From: Spirochaetia bacterium
Lineage (GTDB): Bacteria > Spirochaetota > Spirochaetia > G963692905
DNA: 64,000 nt
Assembly (NCBI GenBank): GCA_963692905.1
Contig: OY843583.1
Span: 21,703 to 85,702, forward strand
Direction: 5' to 3'
In this document: positions 19,607-30,013 of the stretch, in pieces
Layout of the letters: the number at the start of each line of letters is the position of its first letter
How positions within the stretch are numbered: the first letter of the stretch is position 1
Notes under the pieces: model-generated
The model's database searches: none
Told to the model about the DNA's origin: nothing
Seen by the model: only the letters and a program-made list of their open reading frames with translations
Translations under genes and position numbers: made by a program

Positions 19607-19742
19607 AGATAGTATTATATCGACAGTTTGTAAAATATAATTGAATAAAACTGAAGCCGGACTATGGGCACCATCAGGCCTATTTTCAAAAGAATTGAAA
19701 GAGGGAAAATTGAAAGAAATATGAAGTAAAGTGTAAAAGAAA

Positions 19743-19771
19743 GTTGAAAATGATTGATTAATGGCATATCA
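19743..19771 (+). promoter_or_regulatory. Candidate sigma-70 promoter for tRNA-Thr (TTGAAA, 17-nt spacer, TATCAT). The -35 element lies inside a module C repeat copy.
   Basis: Hexamers and spacing read directly from the sequence. The mature tRNA 5' end is 18 nt downstream. Confidence 0.3.
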
Positions 19772-19788
19772 TGCTGATAGTTTAATCT

Positions 19789-19860
19789 CGCCGCGATAGC
19801 TCAGTGGTAGAGCAGCTCACTCGTAATGAGCAGGTCGTGGGTTCAAATCCCACTCACGGC
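19789..19860 (+). tRNA. tRNA-Thr (anticodon CGT).
   Basis: A manual cloverleaf fold shows an acceptor GCCGCGA/TCACGGC with one mismatch, D arm GCTC-AGTGGTA-GAGC, anticodon stem GCTCA/TGAGC with loop CTCGTAA, and T arm GTGGG-TTCAAAT-CCCAC. No CCA is encoded. Confidence 0.8.
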
Positions 19861-19862
19861 TT

Positions 19863-20252
19863 ATGAATTTTTTCCAAAGAATCTACCGCGGCTATTTGGA
19901 TATTATCAAAAATTCTACAACCCTGCTGATAATAATTGCCATAACCTTCTTGAGTAGCGCGCTGATAGTGGTACCCTTGTGGTATGCGGCAACGCAGCGT
20001 CCCGACATCTATAGAACGCTCTTTCTACTAGCCGTTGCGCTATTGATACTTGCAACATCTGTGGGTTTCATTATTGTACAGGTCAAACGAGGCCATCTGA
20101 GGCAGTTGGCAGGCGCGATAGGCAAAATATGCAGTGTAATAGTAGCCATAGCCATCTTGGGTGCGGCGCTGCTCTTTCAGCATCTATGGATTATTGTGGC
20201 AAGCGCGCTCCTATTAGTGGTAATAGTTGGGCTTGTGGCTGCTCGCCAATAG
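19863..20252 (+). CDS. Hypothetical small integral membrane protein with four predicted TM helices.
   Basis: ORF with hydrophobic segments. The start lies 3 nt after the tRNA and has no obvious RBS, so the true start is uncertain. Confidence 0.35.
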   Translation: MNFFQRIYRGYLDIIKNSTTLLIIIAITFLSSALIVVPLWYAATQRPDIYRTLFLLAVALLILATSVGFIIVQVKRGHLRQLAGAIGKICSVIVAIAILGAALLFQHLWIIVASALLLVVIVGLVAARQ

Positions 20253-20267
20253 ACCGATACAACAAAT

Positions 20268-21239
20268 ATGCTATTATTAATCATACGCCGCACGCTATTG
20301 ACTATGGTGAGTGCATTTTTCGCTATGCTGCCCGCAACACTTATGGGGATTGAGCCCAGTGGCGAGGTGCTACGCATTCATCCCCAAGATGCTCATTATG
20401 CTCAGCAACAGGAGGAATTGGAAGATTGGCACCGCGCACTGGCCCGTCAACAACCGCTACAAGAACTAAGAGAGCTACGGGTGTATCGCTATATGCTTAA
20501 GGAGCCCACCACGCTTATCACGCTGGCGGCCCGCTTTACGCTTCCCTATAGCGCACTCTCTACCATTAATCGCATTTCACGCAACGCTGATCTTACCGAA
20601 AACAGCGAGCTTCTTATACCAGCGGCTCCGGGACTTTTTATACCGCTAGAACCCTCAAGTGATCTGGAGAGACTAATGTATGAGCGGCGCATAAATAGCG
20701 AAGATTTGCCGCCCTATCAGCAGCTTACCATTGATAATGGAGTAGAGCGCCGGCAATTTCTCTTCCTGCCGGGAGAGGATTTTAGCGCCTTAGAGCGCAT
20801 TGCCTTTTTTGGCAGACTCTTTCGCAACCCAATCCGCACTGGCAAAATCAGTTCGCTCTTTGGGACTCGTCCAGATCCCTTCACTGGCGATCCCTCATTC
20901 CATTATGGCGTAGACTTTGCTACTGCAGAACACCAACAAGTATATGCGGCGCGAGAGGGAAAAGTGCAGCAGGTTATCCTTAATGACCCCATATATGGAA
21001 ACTATGTAGTTGTAGAACATGATGGTGGCTTTGAGACACTCTATGCCCACATGAACAGTATTGTAGTTCTTGAAGGACAGCGAGTCACCAATAGTAGCCA
21101 GTTGGGGACGGTGGGGAATACTGGACATAGCACTGGACCGCATGTACATTTTGAAGTACACCACTATGGGAATATCCTGGATCCCACCATATACCTTCAA
21201 AAACTGGATATCATACAATATGCTGGAGATCAGAAATAA
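20268..21239 (+). CDS. M23 family metallopeptidase (LytM-like).
   Basis: C-terminal M23 domain with HYGVDFA ... GNTGHSTGPHVHFEVHHYGNILDP. N-terminal signal/TM segment. Confidence 0.75.
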   Translation: MLLLIIRRTLLTMVSAFFAMLPATLMGIEPSGEVLRIHPQDAHYAQQQEELEDWHRALARQQPLQELRELRVYRYMLKEPTTLITLAARFTLPYSALSTINRISRNADLTENSELLIPAAPGLFIPLEPSSDLERLMYERRINSEDLPPYQQLTIDNGVERRQFLFLPGEDFSALERIAFFGRLFRNPIRTGKISSLFGTRPDPFTGDPSFHYGVDFATAEHQQVYAAREGKVQQVILNDPIYGNYVVVEHDGGFETLYAHMNSIVVLEGQRVTNSSQLGTVGNTGHSTGPHVHFEVHHYGNILDPTIYLQKLDIIQYAGDQK

Positions 21240-21305
21240 TCCTCAGAGGATTGCAGAGATAGCCTATGTATGCTATCCTTATGCTATATTAAGCGGCATC
21301 GGCCT

Positions 21306-22784
21306 ATGAATAAACAGACTAAACGTACACCCCTCTATGTAGGAGGGGTAATTATACTTATATTAGTTTTTTTAGCCTTCTTTGGCGGTCCCTTTCTGGG
21401 GCTGGGGAACCAACAGCGCAGTAAAATTGTTTTTGGCAGATATCGCAATCGTGAGGTAGCATATGCGGCTGGCAATTATTTTGCGGTGAGTTTAGGCAAT
21501 CTCTCCAATCAATTTCAGCAATCCTCCCTCCCGCAGAGTGATGCCGATTATGTACTGTGGCGAGGGGCCTTTGATGAGGCCCTCTTTCACGAGGCACTTA
21601 TGTATTTAGCAGAGACATCCAATATGGATGTTTCTGAACTAGCAGTAGATACCGCGATAGCCAGTAGCGGACAATTTCAAAGTGCAGATGGCTTTGATGT
21701 CACGCAATGGCGTAGTTTGACACAGACCGAGCGGCTGCGTGTACGACGCTATACCCGCGAGGCGCTTATTCATAATCGGGTACTGGGAGATATACAGTCG
21801 GGTATCCTAATTGGGGCACCGGAAATTAAATTTATTGAGGATGCGGCGCAACAGGAGCGGCAGATTCGTTTCGTCTCCATTGGCACCGCCCAGTTGGCCG
21901 ATATCGATATGGAGCGATACATTGCCGAAAACCGATCTCTCTTTGTCCGTATTCGCTCAACCCGATTGGAATTATCTGGCACATTAAATGAGGCTGAGCG
22001 AGTGCGGGATCGGCTGGAGGAGGATGGTTCAAATTTTACCCGTATTTTGCAGGAATACTCTGTAGATGGAGGCGAAGCTAGTGATAGCCCTGCAGGATGG
22101 TACTATTTTTATGAGTTAGCGCGTCAATTTCCCAGCGCTGAGAATGTCTCTTCACTGTTAGAGGTGCCGGAGGGGCGCCTTTCGGAGATAATCTCAGAGA
22201 ATGATCAGCATGCTATCTTTTTTGTTCAGGAACGTCTTCCGGTGGAGGAGCAAAATCTGACAGCGCTCTTAAGCGATGCCCGCGCCTATTTAAGAAACTA
22301 TGACACAGTATCGCTACAGGATTATCTTGCGGAGGTTGCCGGAGATGTTGCCGCCGACAGTCAGCGCAATAATTCGCTCACTGAGACTGCTAAGAGCTAT
22401 AAACTCGCAATAGAAGAGAGCAGCTATTTTAGTATCAATTTTGCTAATAACGAACTCTTTCCGACAGTAGAGGGAGAGAGCGCAGAAATTTTGGAGGGCG
22501 CCGCCAATAGTGAAGATTTTTTTCTCTCAATATTTAGCCTACAAGAGCAAGAGATAAGCCAACCAATAGCTGCCGGCAATAGCTATATTGTGGCCCAGTT
22601 GACCGGGATACGCACCAGCGATCCAGAATTTTATGAGTTCTTCGATAGCTTTTATCACTCTCAGAATGAGCGCTGGCAGGGTGATGATGCACGGCGTATA
22701 TTGCTTAAGCGCGATGTGGTATTTGACAATTTTGAAGAGACATATACGCAGTTAGTTAATAACCAAAATACTCAAACACCATGA
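21306..22784 (+). CDS. Hypothetical periplasmic protein, possibly a chaperone with a SurA/PpiD-like N-terminal domain.
   Basis: N-terminal TM anchor followed by weak resemblance to SurA_N-type domains. No catalytic PPIase motif was recognised. Confidence 0.3.
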   Translation: MNKQTKRTPLYVGGVIILILVFLAFFGGPFLGLGNQQRSKIVFGRYRNREVAYAAGNYFAVSLGNLSNQFQQSSLPQSDADYVLWRGAFDEALFHEALMYLAETSNMDVSELAVDTAIASSGQFQSADGFDVTQWRSLTQTERLRVRRYTREALIHNRVLGDIQSGILIGAPEIKFIEDAAQQERQIRFVSIGTAQLADIDMERYIAENRSLFVRIRSTRLELSGTLNEAERVRDRLEEDGSNFTRILQEYSVDGGEASDSPAGWYYFYELARQFPSAENVSSLLEVPEGRLSEIISENDQHAIFFVQERLPVEEQNLTALLSDARAYLRNYDTVSLQDYLAEVAGDVAADSQRNNSLTETAKSYKLAIEESSYFSINFANNELFPTVEGESAEILEGAANSEDFFLSIFSLQEQEISQPIAAGNSYIVAQLTGIRTSDPEFYEFFDSFYHSQNERWQGDDARRILLKRDVVFDNFEETYTQLVNNQNTQTP

Positions 22785-24400
22785 GCGGCGCCTCTCTACG
22801 CATAGAGAGGCGTAATGATTCACAGCAGGTATACTTTTTAGAAAGGCGACTCTATCGCCATGATTCACCCCGTTTGGGCGCCGAGGAGCGCGCCCAGCAG
22901 TTTAAAGGTTCCCCATCTACCTTAGTTATCGTACCTTCACCATTATTAGGATACGGGATAGATGTATTGCTCCAGCAATGTACTGCAGATTGTCATATTG
23001 TCTGTATTGAGATCGATATAGAGCTAGCGGCCCTGGCTCACCAGTGGCTTCCCCGCTCTTGCAAGAGCTATCATGAGCTAAGTTGTTATCTGCCATGGAG
23101 AGAGGAGGATACTGCAGAAATATATAGAAAGGTACAGCAGTATAATCTGCGCTCAGTAGAGTTGGTATCTCTTAATGGAGGCTATCTACTCCATAATAAA
23201 CATTACCAAGCAATACTAGCCTTCTGCCGACATGTCATTCGCCTCCACTGGCAAAATAGACTTACTCTTATTCGTATGGGAAGACTCTGGATGCGCAACA
23301 TTTTTCGCAATCTAGTGCTCTTTCCTCCGCAAGCCAGCGTGGATCAACTCCAAAGCAATTATCCAATTTTGGTAGTAGGAGCTGGTCCATCAACAGAGGA
23401 ATATATGGAGACTATTGCTACCTATCGTAATCGAATCTGTATTGTGGCGGTGGACAGCGCTCTTTCCATGCTCTATAGCCATCGAATAATACCCAACATG
23501 GTGGTGGTGGTGGAGGCGCGGCAGTGGAATGTGATGGATCTCAGTGAGATGCTACAGTCATCGACGCGCTATATAATGGCCATGGATATCTCTGCTAATC
23601 CTTCGGCGCATAGAATAGGTGCCGCGAAGCGCGCTCTTCAATTCTGCTCGCGCTTTGCGCCGCTCCACTTCTTTAATCGTCTTCAGCAATATGGTGTTGC
23701 TAGTCATCTTCTTCCCGCATTGGGCTCTGTGGGCTGTGTGGCATTATATTTAGCACTACAATTGGGCAGTGCTCCTATCTTTACCGTAGGGCTGGATTGT
23801 AGCTACGAGATTGGAAAAACCCATGCCAAAGGGGCACCGCTACTCCACTGGAACATACTCAACTGGCATCGATTAAGGGCCAATCCGTTGGTAGTTCACT
23901 CTCTAGCGCGACCATCATTCTTCATGAGCGGAAAATCAGAGCGGCGTTATCGAACTGATCTTAATTTAATGGGTTACGCAGAGCAGATCCGCGCCCTAGG
24001 AAGGCAAGATCAGCACTCTCGTCTGTTTGATATTGGCCAATGGGGATTGGACCTGAATTTACCGCTCATTGGAAGAGAGGAGTTTGTTTCGCTAATTCGC
24101 CTCCAGTCGCCGCCACCATCCAAGCATATTAACAGCATGCTACAGGAGCGTAATCCAATTGATTCCCGCCAATCGGCCCAAGCGGCGCGTCAGCTAGTAC
24201 AAGATATAGCAACCGAGCTGAAGGAATATATTGGATTACTAAGGCGAGGAGCGCAATCCAATAGCCGCGGCCGAGAGTTGGCACAGTTACTGGACTTTGT
24301 TAATATCGATAATGCGCAGCGCGCCGCCCATGGCACGCATGCGCTCCATTCGGCTAGTGATTATCTTCGACATATTAGGTCACTTCTCGCGGCAATTTAA
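22781..24400 (+). CDS. DUF115/Maf-like (motility-associated factor, MptE-like) family protein.
   Basis: Central motif ILVVGAGPSTEE...IVAVDSALSMLYSHRIIPNMVVVVE is typical of the DUF115 family. It overlaps the upstream gene by 4 nt. Confidence 0.4.
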   Translation: MSGASLRIERRNDSQQVYFLERRLYRHDSPRLGAEERAQQFKGSPSTLVIVPSPLLGYGIDVLLQQCTADCHIVCIEIDIELAALAHQWLPRSCKSYHELSCYLPWREEDTAEIYRKVQQYNLRSVELVSLNGGYLLHNKHYQAILAFCRHVIRLHWQNRLTLIRMGRLWMRNIFRNLVLFPPQASVDQLQSNYPILVVGAGPSTEEYMETIATYRNRICIVAVDSALSMLYSHRIIPNMVVVVEARQWNVMDLSEMLQSSTRYIMAMDISANPSAHRIGAAKRALQFCSRFAPLHFFNRLQQYGVASHLLPALGSVGCVALYLALQLGSAPIFTVGLDCSYEIGKTHAKGAPLLHWNILNWHRLRANPLVVHSLARPSFFMSGKSERRYRTDLNLMGYAEQIRALGRQDQHSRLFDIGQWGLDLNLPLIGREEFVSLIRLQSPPPSKHINSMLQERNPIDSRQSAQAARQLVQDIATELKEYIGLLRRGAQSNSRGRELAQLLDFVNIDNAQRAAHGTHALHSASDYLRHIRSLLAAI

Positions 24401-26165
24401 GTACCGAAAGAAAGATGTCATGCGGCAGCCGGACCTTGCCAATCTGCTTCAACTTGAACTTTCCCTTTTTTTGTTGAGCTAACAGCTTTTTCTTGCGGGT
24501 TACATCACCACCGTAAAGTCCGGAGGTAACATCTTTTCGGTAGGCTGGAATATTCTCTCGCGCCACAATTCGATTGGCAACTGCCGCCTGCACCGGTATA
24601 ACAAATTGATGGCGGGGTATTTTACTGCTCAAGAGCTGGCAGAGCGCGCGGGCACGACGGGCCACCTGTGAACGATGCACCAGTATCGAAAGCGCCTCCA
24701 TCACTTCGCCAGCTACCAGTATGTCAATTTTGGCTAAATCAACCTCTCGATAGTGATCAAGCTCATAATCAAAAGAGGCAAAACCGCTACTCACTGATTT
24801 CAGTTCATCGTAAAAGTCATAAACTATCTCGGCCAATGGTAACCTACAGTGAAATTCAACCTTCTGTTCATCAAGATAGTGCATATTATGATCAACAGAA
24901 CGTCTATTGTTACATAGCTGCATGATTTTGCCGATGGAGGAATGGGGAGTGATAATAGTCACCCGTACATAGGGTTCGCGAATGATTACAATGTGCTGCG
25001 CTTCGGGGAACTGCGCCGGAGAATTTATAGTATAGGTTGTTCCATCTACCGCATCAATCTCATAACGTACCGAAGGCGCGCTACTAATTATTGAGAGATG
25101 AAATTCACGTTCTAGCCGCTCCTGTATGATTTCCAGATGTAGCAGACCCAGAAATCCGCAACGAAAACCCAATCCCAATGACTGAGAGGAATCGGCCTCA
25201 AAGGTAAAGGAGGTGTCGTTTAACTGCAGTTTTTCCAATGCATTCCGTAGTTTAAGATGCATATCGCGGTTTTCGGGAAAGAAGGAGGAGAATACCGCCG
25301 GTTTTATGTGACGGAAGCCCGGCAAGGGCTGCGCGGCCCGCCGCTCCAGATGACTAAGGGTATCGCCTACTGAGATATCAGAGACCGTTTTGATATTGGC
25401 AATCATGTATCCCACCTCACCAGCTGCAAGTGTGCTGGTAGCCATCCGCTCAATACCAAAATGCCCTACCTCTTCCACCCGGAAGCGCACGCTGTGCTGC
25501 CAGCCGGTTACCACATCGCCCGCCTGGAGACGGCCATTTACCATTCTTAAGTAGACAATTACGCCGCGGTAAGGATCATAATGTGAGTCAAAAATACGGG
25601 CTTGCAAGGGTTGTCGTTCATTCCCCTGTGGAGATGGAATGCGCTTAATGAGTGCACTTAATAGTTCCTCAATGCCTTGATTGGCTTTGGCAGAAATCAA
25701 CAGGGGGTGGCTATCTAATCCCAACAGATGGGCTATTTGATGGCCTACCCCATCAATATCTGCGCTAGGCAGATCAATTTTATTGACCACCGGCAGTATC
25801 TCCAATCCATATTCGGTAGCTAAATAGAGATTGGAGAGGGTCTGCGCCTGTACCCCCTGGGCGGCATCTACCAATAGCAAGGCGCCTTCGCAGGATGCTA
25901 TGGCTCGCGAGACCTCATAGCTAAAATCGGCATGTCCCGGTGTGTCAATAAGATTCAGGATATAGCCGGCGTAGGGAATAGTGATGACATGCGATTTAAT
26001 AGAGATGCCCCGCTCGCGTTCCAGATCCATACTATCTAGAAATTGATTTTTAAAATCACGAGGGGTGGCTATCGCTGAATGTTCAATTATCCGATCAGCT
26101 AGCGTAGATTTACCATGATCAATATGAGCAATAATCGAAAAATTACGGATGGTTGATCTATCCAT
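24375..26165 (-). CDS. lepA: Elongation factor 4 (LepA).
   Basis: N-terminus IRNFSIIAHIDHGKSTLADR, GTPase domain and LepA C-terminal domain. Its 3' end overlaps the convergent Maf-like gene by 26 nt. Confidence 0.9.
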   Translation of the reverse strand: MDRSTIRNFSIIAHIDHGKSTLADRIIEHSAIATPRDFKNQFLDSMDLERERGISIKSHVITIPYAGYILNLIDTPGHADFSYEVSRAIASCEGALLLVDAAQGVQAQTLSNLYLATEYGLEILPVVNKIDLPSADIDGVGHQIAHLLGLDSHPLLISAKANQGIEELLSALIKRIPSPQGNERQPLQARIFDSHYDPYRGVIVYLRMVNGRLQAGDVVTGWQHSVRFRVEEVGHFGIERMATSTLAAGEVGYMIANIKTVSDISVGDTLSHLERRAAQPLPGFRHIKPAVFSSFFPENRDMHLKLRNALEKLQLNDTSFTFEADSSQSLGLGFRCGFLGLLHLEIIQERLEREFHLSIISSAPSVRYEIDAVDGTTYTINSPAQFPEAQHIVIIREPYVRVTIITPHSSIGKIMQLCNNRRSVDHNMHYLDEQKVEFHCRLPLAEIVYDFYDELKSVSSGFASFDYELDHYREVDLAKIDILVAGEVMEALSILVHRSQVARRARALCQLLSSKIPRHQFVIPVQAAVANRIVARENIPAYRKDVTSGLYGGDVTRKKKLLAQQKKGKFKLKQIGKVRLPHDIFLSVLKLPREVT

Positions 26166-26170
26166 CTGGA

Positions 26171-27934
26171 TTAAATAAAGTGCGGTTGGTCCAACAGGCT
26201 GCCAACTTGAACGCCACTATCATTAAAACTATTGCTGCGTTTCTTAACCACTATCCTTATGGAGACCAGACGCCGGTGGCTGTCGACATTCCACTCGTAG
26301 AGTTGAAAGGTATCGCCCTGGCTGATATCTAACTGATCGGCGGTGGTTCCCGGATATACCCGCTGTACTACATATTCCCGGGGTGGGAGATTCCGATTGG
26401 TTCTCTGCACGTCAATACCAAAAAGCGGGGTAAAGAGGTATTCAACCTCTTGAGTCTTTAAGAGCTCTTCAATGGGGCTTTTTGGTCTACTCCCCAACTT
26501 TACTAGTCCACTGTGCTGTGCCTCATTATCAGACCATTCCACCCTCACTAGCGCCTCGGGTCGATGCCTTACCAGCAATTCCTGCGCTTCGCTAATCGAA
26601 CGCGGGGCGCTATTGGCTATTTTGAGCAGGGTACTCCCCTTCTCTATCCCTAGCTTATCTGCCGGACCACCCGGTACCACATACTGGATCTCCAACTTTC
26701 CTTGCGATTCAAAGAGCGATGCGCCTAACCAAGCATGCTCCACCTGTCCCCCGGCATAGAGCTGAGGTATTAACCTCCAGACCCACTGGGCCGGAATGGC
26801 AAAGTTGATGCCATAGAATTCCTGAATACCAGCAAATACTATGCCCATCAATGTCCCCTGATCATCAATAAGTGGGCCTCCAGAATTCCCCGGATTGACC
26901 GGCGCATCTATCTGCAGCGCCTCGCCAATTTGCAGAAACCTCCGATTAGGAGAGGATATCACCCCTGAGCTAATAGAGCTCTGCAACCCAATGGGAGAGC
27001 CTAAGGCAAATATCCGACTGCCATATCCAATATCATGGGGACTGTTCTCCAGTCCAAAAACATAGGTTGGCTCCCATTCAGCCTTAAGCAATGCTATATC
27101 AAATATGGGATCATATCCTATTACTCGCGCTGGTAGGCGCAAATGGAGATTTGAGGGGAGCTGTAGATAGAGACGGCTATAACCTTCGTAGCTACTGTCC
27201 ACCTCGCTAGAGATTATATGATAGTTAGTAAGAACATGCCCCTCAGTGTCAATAAAAAACCCGCTTCCTACAATTCTGTCTGGCACACCTACCCCTCGCT
27301 CTATTCTATAACCTCGATCAACCCACACTGTAACCAAACCATCAAGCACCTCCTCTAGATTAAGGGCGGGAGTTTGGCTGTCGCGGTCTTTCCCCAAAAT
27401 GCGGTTAATTCGCTGAGCAGCTTGATGATGGTTGTGCTGCTGCGCTATGTTCAACAGCTGCTGTAGCTCATCAGTAGCCAAGAGCCCTCCGCTATCGATC
27501 TGGGCAAAAGAAAAGAGCGCCGGAAGTATCTCGCCATTTGCGAGTTGTTGACGAGTAAGCGCTAGGTATATTTGATCACGCGACCATTTTAACTGAGGCG
27601 CAAGCTGTAGTGTCTCTAGAATTTGATGTAATGCTAACGCCTCATCGAATTTCTCTGCACCCACCTGATCGTTAAAATGACTAATAATGTTAGCACTAGC
27701 TTGACTCAGATATTGAGAGAGCTCATCCTCTTCAAAAAGATTACTCTCTCGACCATATAGATCTACTAATTGGATAGCCCGCGCCGGATCATCATCAATA
27801 TGGTTGAGTATGTTACGCTCGTAGAGGGTGCGCTGCTCACTGGGTTCAATCAACCCCGCTGGGCTTTGGGGCTTATAAGAGAGACAGGAAAGCGGTAGGA
27901 CCAGGCCGGCTATTACGGTAAGCCATAGCGCCAT
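26171..27934 (-). CDS. Trypsin-like serine protease of the HtrA/DegP family (S1C), with a long N-terminal domain and PDZ domain(s). Probable lipoprotein.
   Basis: GSGFFIDTEGHVLTNYH and GNSGGPLIDDQGTLMGI catalytic motifs. A PDZ domain follows the protease domain. The start was trimmed to MALWLTVIAGLVLPLSC. Confidence 0.75.
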   Translation of the reverse strand: MALWLTVIAGLVLPLSCLSYKPQSPAGLIEPSEQRTLYERNILNHIDDDPARAIQLVDLYGRESNLFEEDELSQYLSQASANIISHFNDQVGAEKFDEALALHQILETLQLAPQLKWSRDQIYLALTRQQLANGEILPALFSFAQIDSGGLLATDELQQLLNIAQQHNHHQAAQRINRILGKDRDSQTPALNLEEVLDGLVTVWVDRGYRIERGVGVPDRIVGSGFFIDTEGHVLTNYHIISSEVDSSYEGYSRLYLQLPSNLHLRLPARVIGYDPIFDIALLKAEWEPTYVFGLENSPHDIGYGSRIFALGSPIGLQSSISSGVISSPNRRFLQIGEALQIDAPVNPGNSGGPLIDDQGTLMGIVFAGIQEFYGINFAIPAQWVWRLIPQLYAGGQVEHAWLGASLFESQGKLEIQYVVPGGPADKLGIEKGSTLLKIANSAPRSISEAQELLVRHRPEALVRVEWSDNEAQHSGLVKLGSRPKSPIEELLKTQEVEYLFTPLFGIDVQRTNRNLPPREYVVQRVYPGTTADQLDISQGDTFQLYEWNVDSHRRLVSIRIVVKKRSNSFNDSGVQVGSLLDQPHFI

Positions 27935-28072
27935 TCCCCGGAGGCAACGCCACAGTGGAGCTGAAATACTACATCGATAGTAGGTAATCACTGAATAGAT
28001 ACCTGTAATAGCTCTACGGTGCATATCTCCATGCCGGCTACCAAGCCTTCAAAGAGAAAGATGGGGCTGATA

Positions 28073-30013
28073 TCAACCCTTTTTCTTGGTCCGTTTGGTG
28101 ACTTTTGCATTGCTATCTTTAATATCCTGCGCATCTAAAGGGCGTATCTTTCTATTACTGTGATCACGTTTGAGCAGTTTCAAGATATCATCATCGTTAA
28201 GCGTCTCATGCTCCATGAGCTCATTAGTTAAAAGCTCCAACTCATCGCGATGCGCGTCGAGAATACTGCGTACCTCATCCAGACAGCCATCAAGAATGGC
28301 CCGGATCTCCTTATCAATGGTGGTAGCCGTGCTATCCGAGTAATCATGATGGCGCGCAATCTCTTTGCCAAGAAATATCGGTGTCTCCTCTTGACCTAAG
28401 GAGATGGCCCCTAGCGAGCTCATGCCCCACTCAGTAACCATTTTGCGCGCCAAGCTGGTGGCCTGCTCTAGATCTTGCTGTGTACCGGTGGAGGTCTCGC
28501 CATAAATAAGCTCTTCAGCGGCAAAGCCGCCATAACAAATCTTAATCCGATCTAAGAGCCAATTTTTACCGCGACTATAGACATCCTCATCGGGAAGGGA
28601 GAGTGCCAATCCCAACGCCCTGCCTCGCGGAACCACTGTAACCTTATGGAGCGGATCGGCATATTCACAGTAGTAATGCAAAAGCGCATGTCCGCTTTCA
28701 TGGTAGGCGGTTTTGCGCTTCTCCTCCTCTGAGAGAGTACGAGATCTCCGCGCCACTCCCATAAGTATTTTGTCACGAGCCTCTTCAAAATCTTCCATTG
28801 CTACCTGGCTACGGTTATTGCGGGCCGCAAAGAGCGCTGCCTCATTGCTCAAATTAGCCAGATCTGCACCGGAGCAGCCGGGGGTAGCGCGCGCCAATCG
28901 ATGTAGATTAACACTCTTTGACAGCTTTAATTTTATGGTGTGGATCTTTAGAATATCCTCTCGCTCCTTTATATCAGGCATATCAACCACAATCTGCCGA
29001 TCAAATCTGCCAGGACGCAGCAGTGCGGGATCCAACACATCTGGACGATTGGTAGCCGCCAGCATGATCACGCCCTCTTTAGTATCAAAGCCATCCATCT
29101 CTACCAACATCTGATTGAGGGTCTGCTCTCGCTCATCGTGACCGCCGCCATAACCGGCGCCCCGTACCCGACCCACAGCATCTAGCTCATCTACGAAGAG
29201 TATGCAAGGGGCTTGGCGTTTCCCCTGCTCAAAAAGATCACGCACTCGACTAGCGCCCACTCCCACAAACATCTCTACAAAGTCTGAACCCGACATTTGA
29301 AAGAAATTGACGCCCGCTTCGCCGGCACAGGCCTTTGCCAACAGAGTCTTTCCAGTCCCGGGCAAGCCCACTAATAGAATGCCCTTAGGTATTCGAGCGC
29401 CAATTTTGGTAAACTTCTCTGGCTTTTTGAGAAACTGCACCACCTCTTCCAGTTCATATTTTGCCTCTCGCTGACCGGCAACATCGGCAAAGGTAACCTT
29501 CTCTTTTTCTAGATCTACCTTACGAGCGCGACTACGACCAAAGGAGAGCGCCCGATTGCCGCTGCCCTGTAGCTGGCGAAACATAAACCAGATAATTGCA
29601 AAGCCGATTATCCATGGCAGAAGATCAATAAAAACTGAAAAGGGGGTTATCTGACGCGGTGCTCCCGAAAAACGTATCTCCTTTTCACGCAAGAGCTGAA
29701 TTAATTCAGCATCAAAATAGGGAATGTTGGTCTTAAATTGATTATTTATGCGCTCCTCGCCCTTAAGAGCACCCTGTATCTCATACTGATCAATAATACG
29801 AACCGATTCTATCTCACCATCTTGAAGGAGGCCCAAAAATTGCGAATAGGGAATTTCCTGTACCCCGCTGCTCCGTTCTGACACTATTAAGACCATAAAT
29901 GAGCTCACAATAAGCACCAAAAAGATCAGCGCTAGATAATTATTACGAAAGGAGAAGGGGGGGCGTTTGAGGTCTGGCGACTTATTAGTCTGCTGGTTCA
30001 TATTTTTCTCCAC
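28073..30013 (-). CDS. ftsH: ATP-dependent zinc metalloprotease FtsH.
   Basis: Walker [12 protein letters not shown] motif, HESGHAL zinc site and two N-terminal TM segments. Confidence 0.9.
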   Translation of the reverse strand: MEKNMNQQTNKSPDLKRPPFSFRNNYLALIFLVLIVSSFMVLIVSERSSGVQEIPYSQFLGLLQDGEIESVRIIDQYEIQGALKGEERINNQFKTNIPYFDAELIQLLREKEIRFSGAPRQITPFSVFIDLLPWIIGFAIIWFMFRQLQGSGNRALSFGRSRARKVDLEKEKVTFADVAGQREAKYELEEVVQFLKKPEKFTKIGARIPKGILLVGLPGTGKTLLAKACAGEAGVNFFQMSGSDFVEMFVGVGASRVRDLFEQGKRQAPCILFVDELDAVGRVRGAGYGGGHDEREQTLNQMLVEMDGFDTKEGVIMLAATNRPDVLDPALLRPGRFDRQIVVDMPDIKEREDILKIHTIKLKLSKSVNLHRLARATPGCSGADLANLSNEAALFAARNNRSQVAMEDFEEARDKILMGVARRSRTLSEEEKRKTAYHESGHALLHYYCEYADPLHKVTVVPRGRALGLALSLPDEDVYSRGKNWLLDRIKICYGGFAAEELIYGETSTGTQQDLEQATSLARKMVTEWGMSSLGAISLGQEETPIFLGKEIARHHDYSDSTATTIDKEIRAILDGCLDEVRSILDAHRDELELLTNELMEHETLNDDDILKLLKRDHSNRKIRPLDAQDIKDSNAKVTKRTKKKG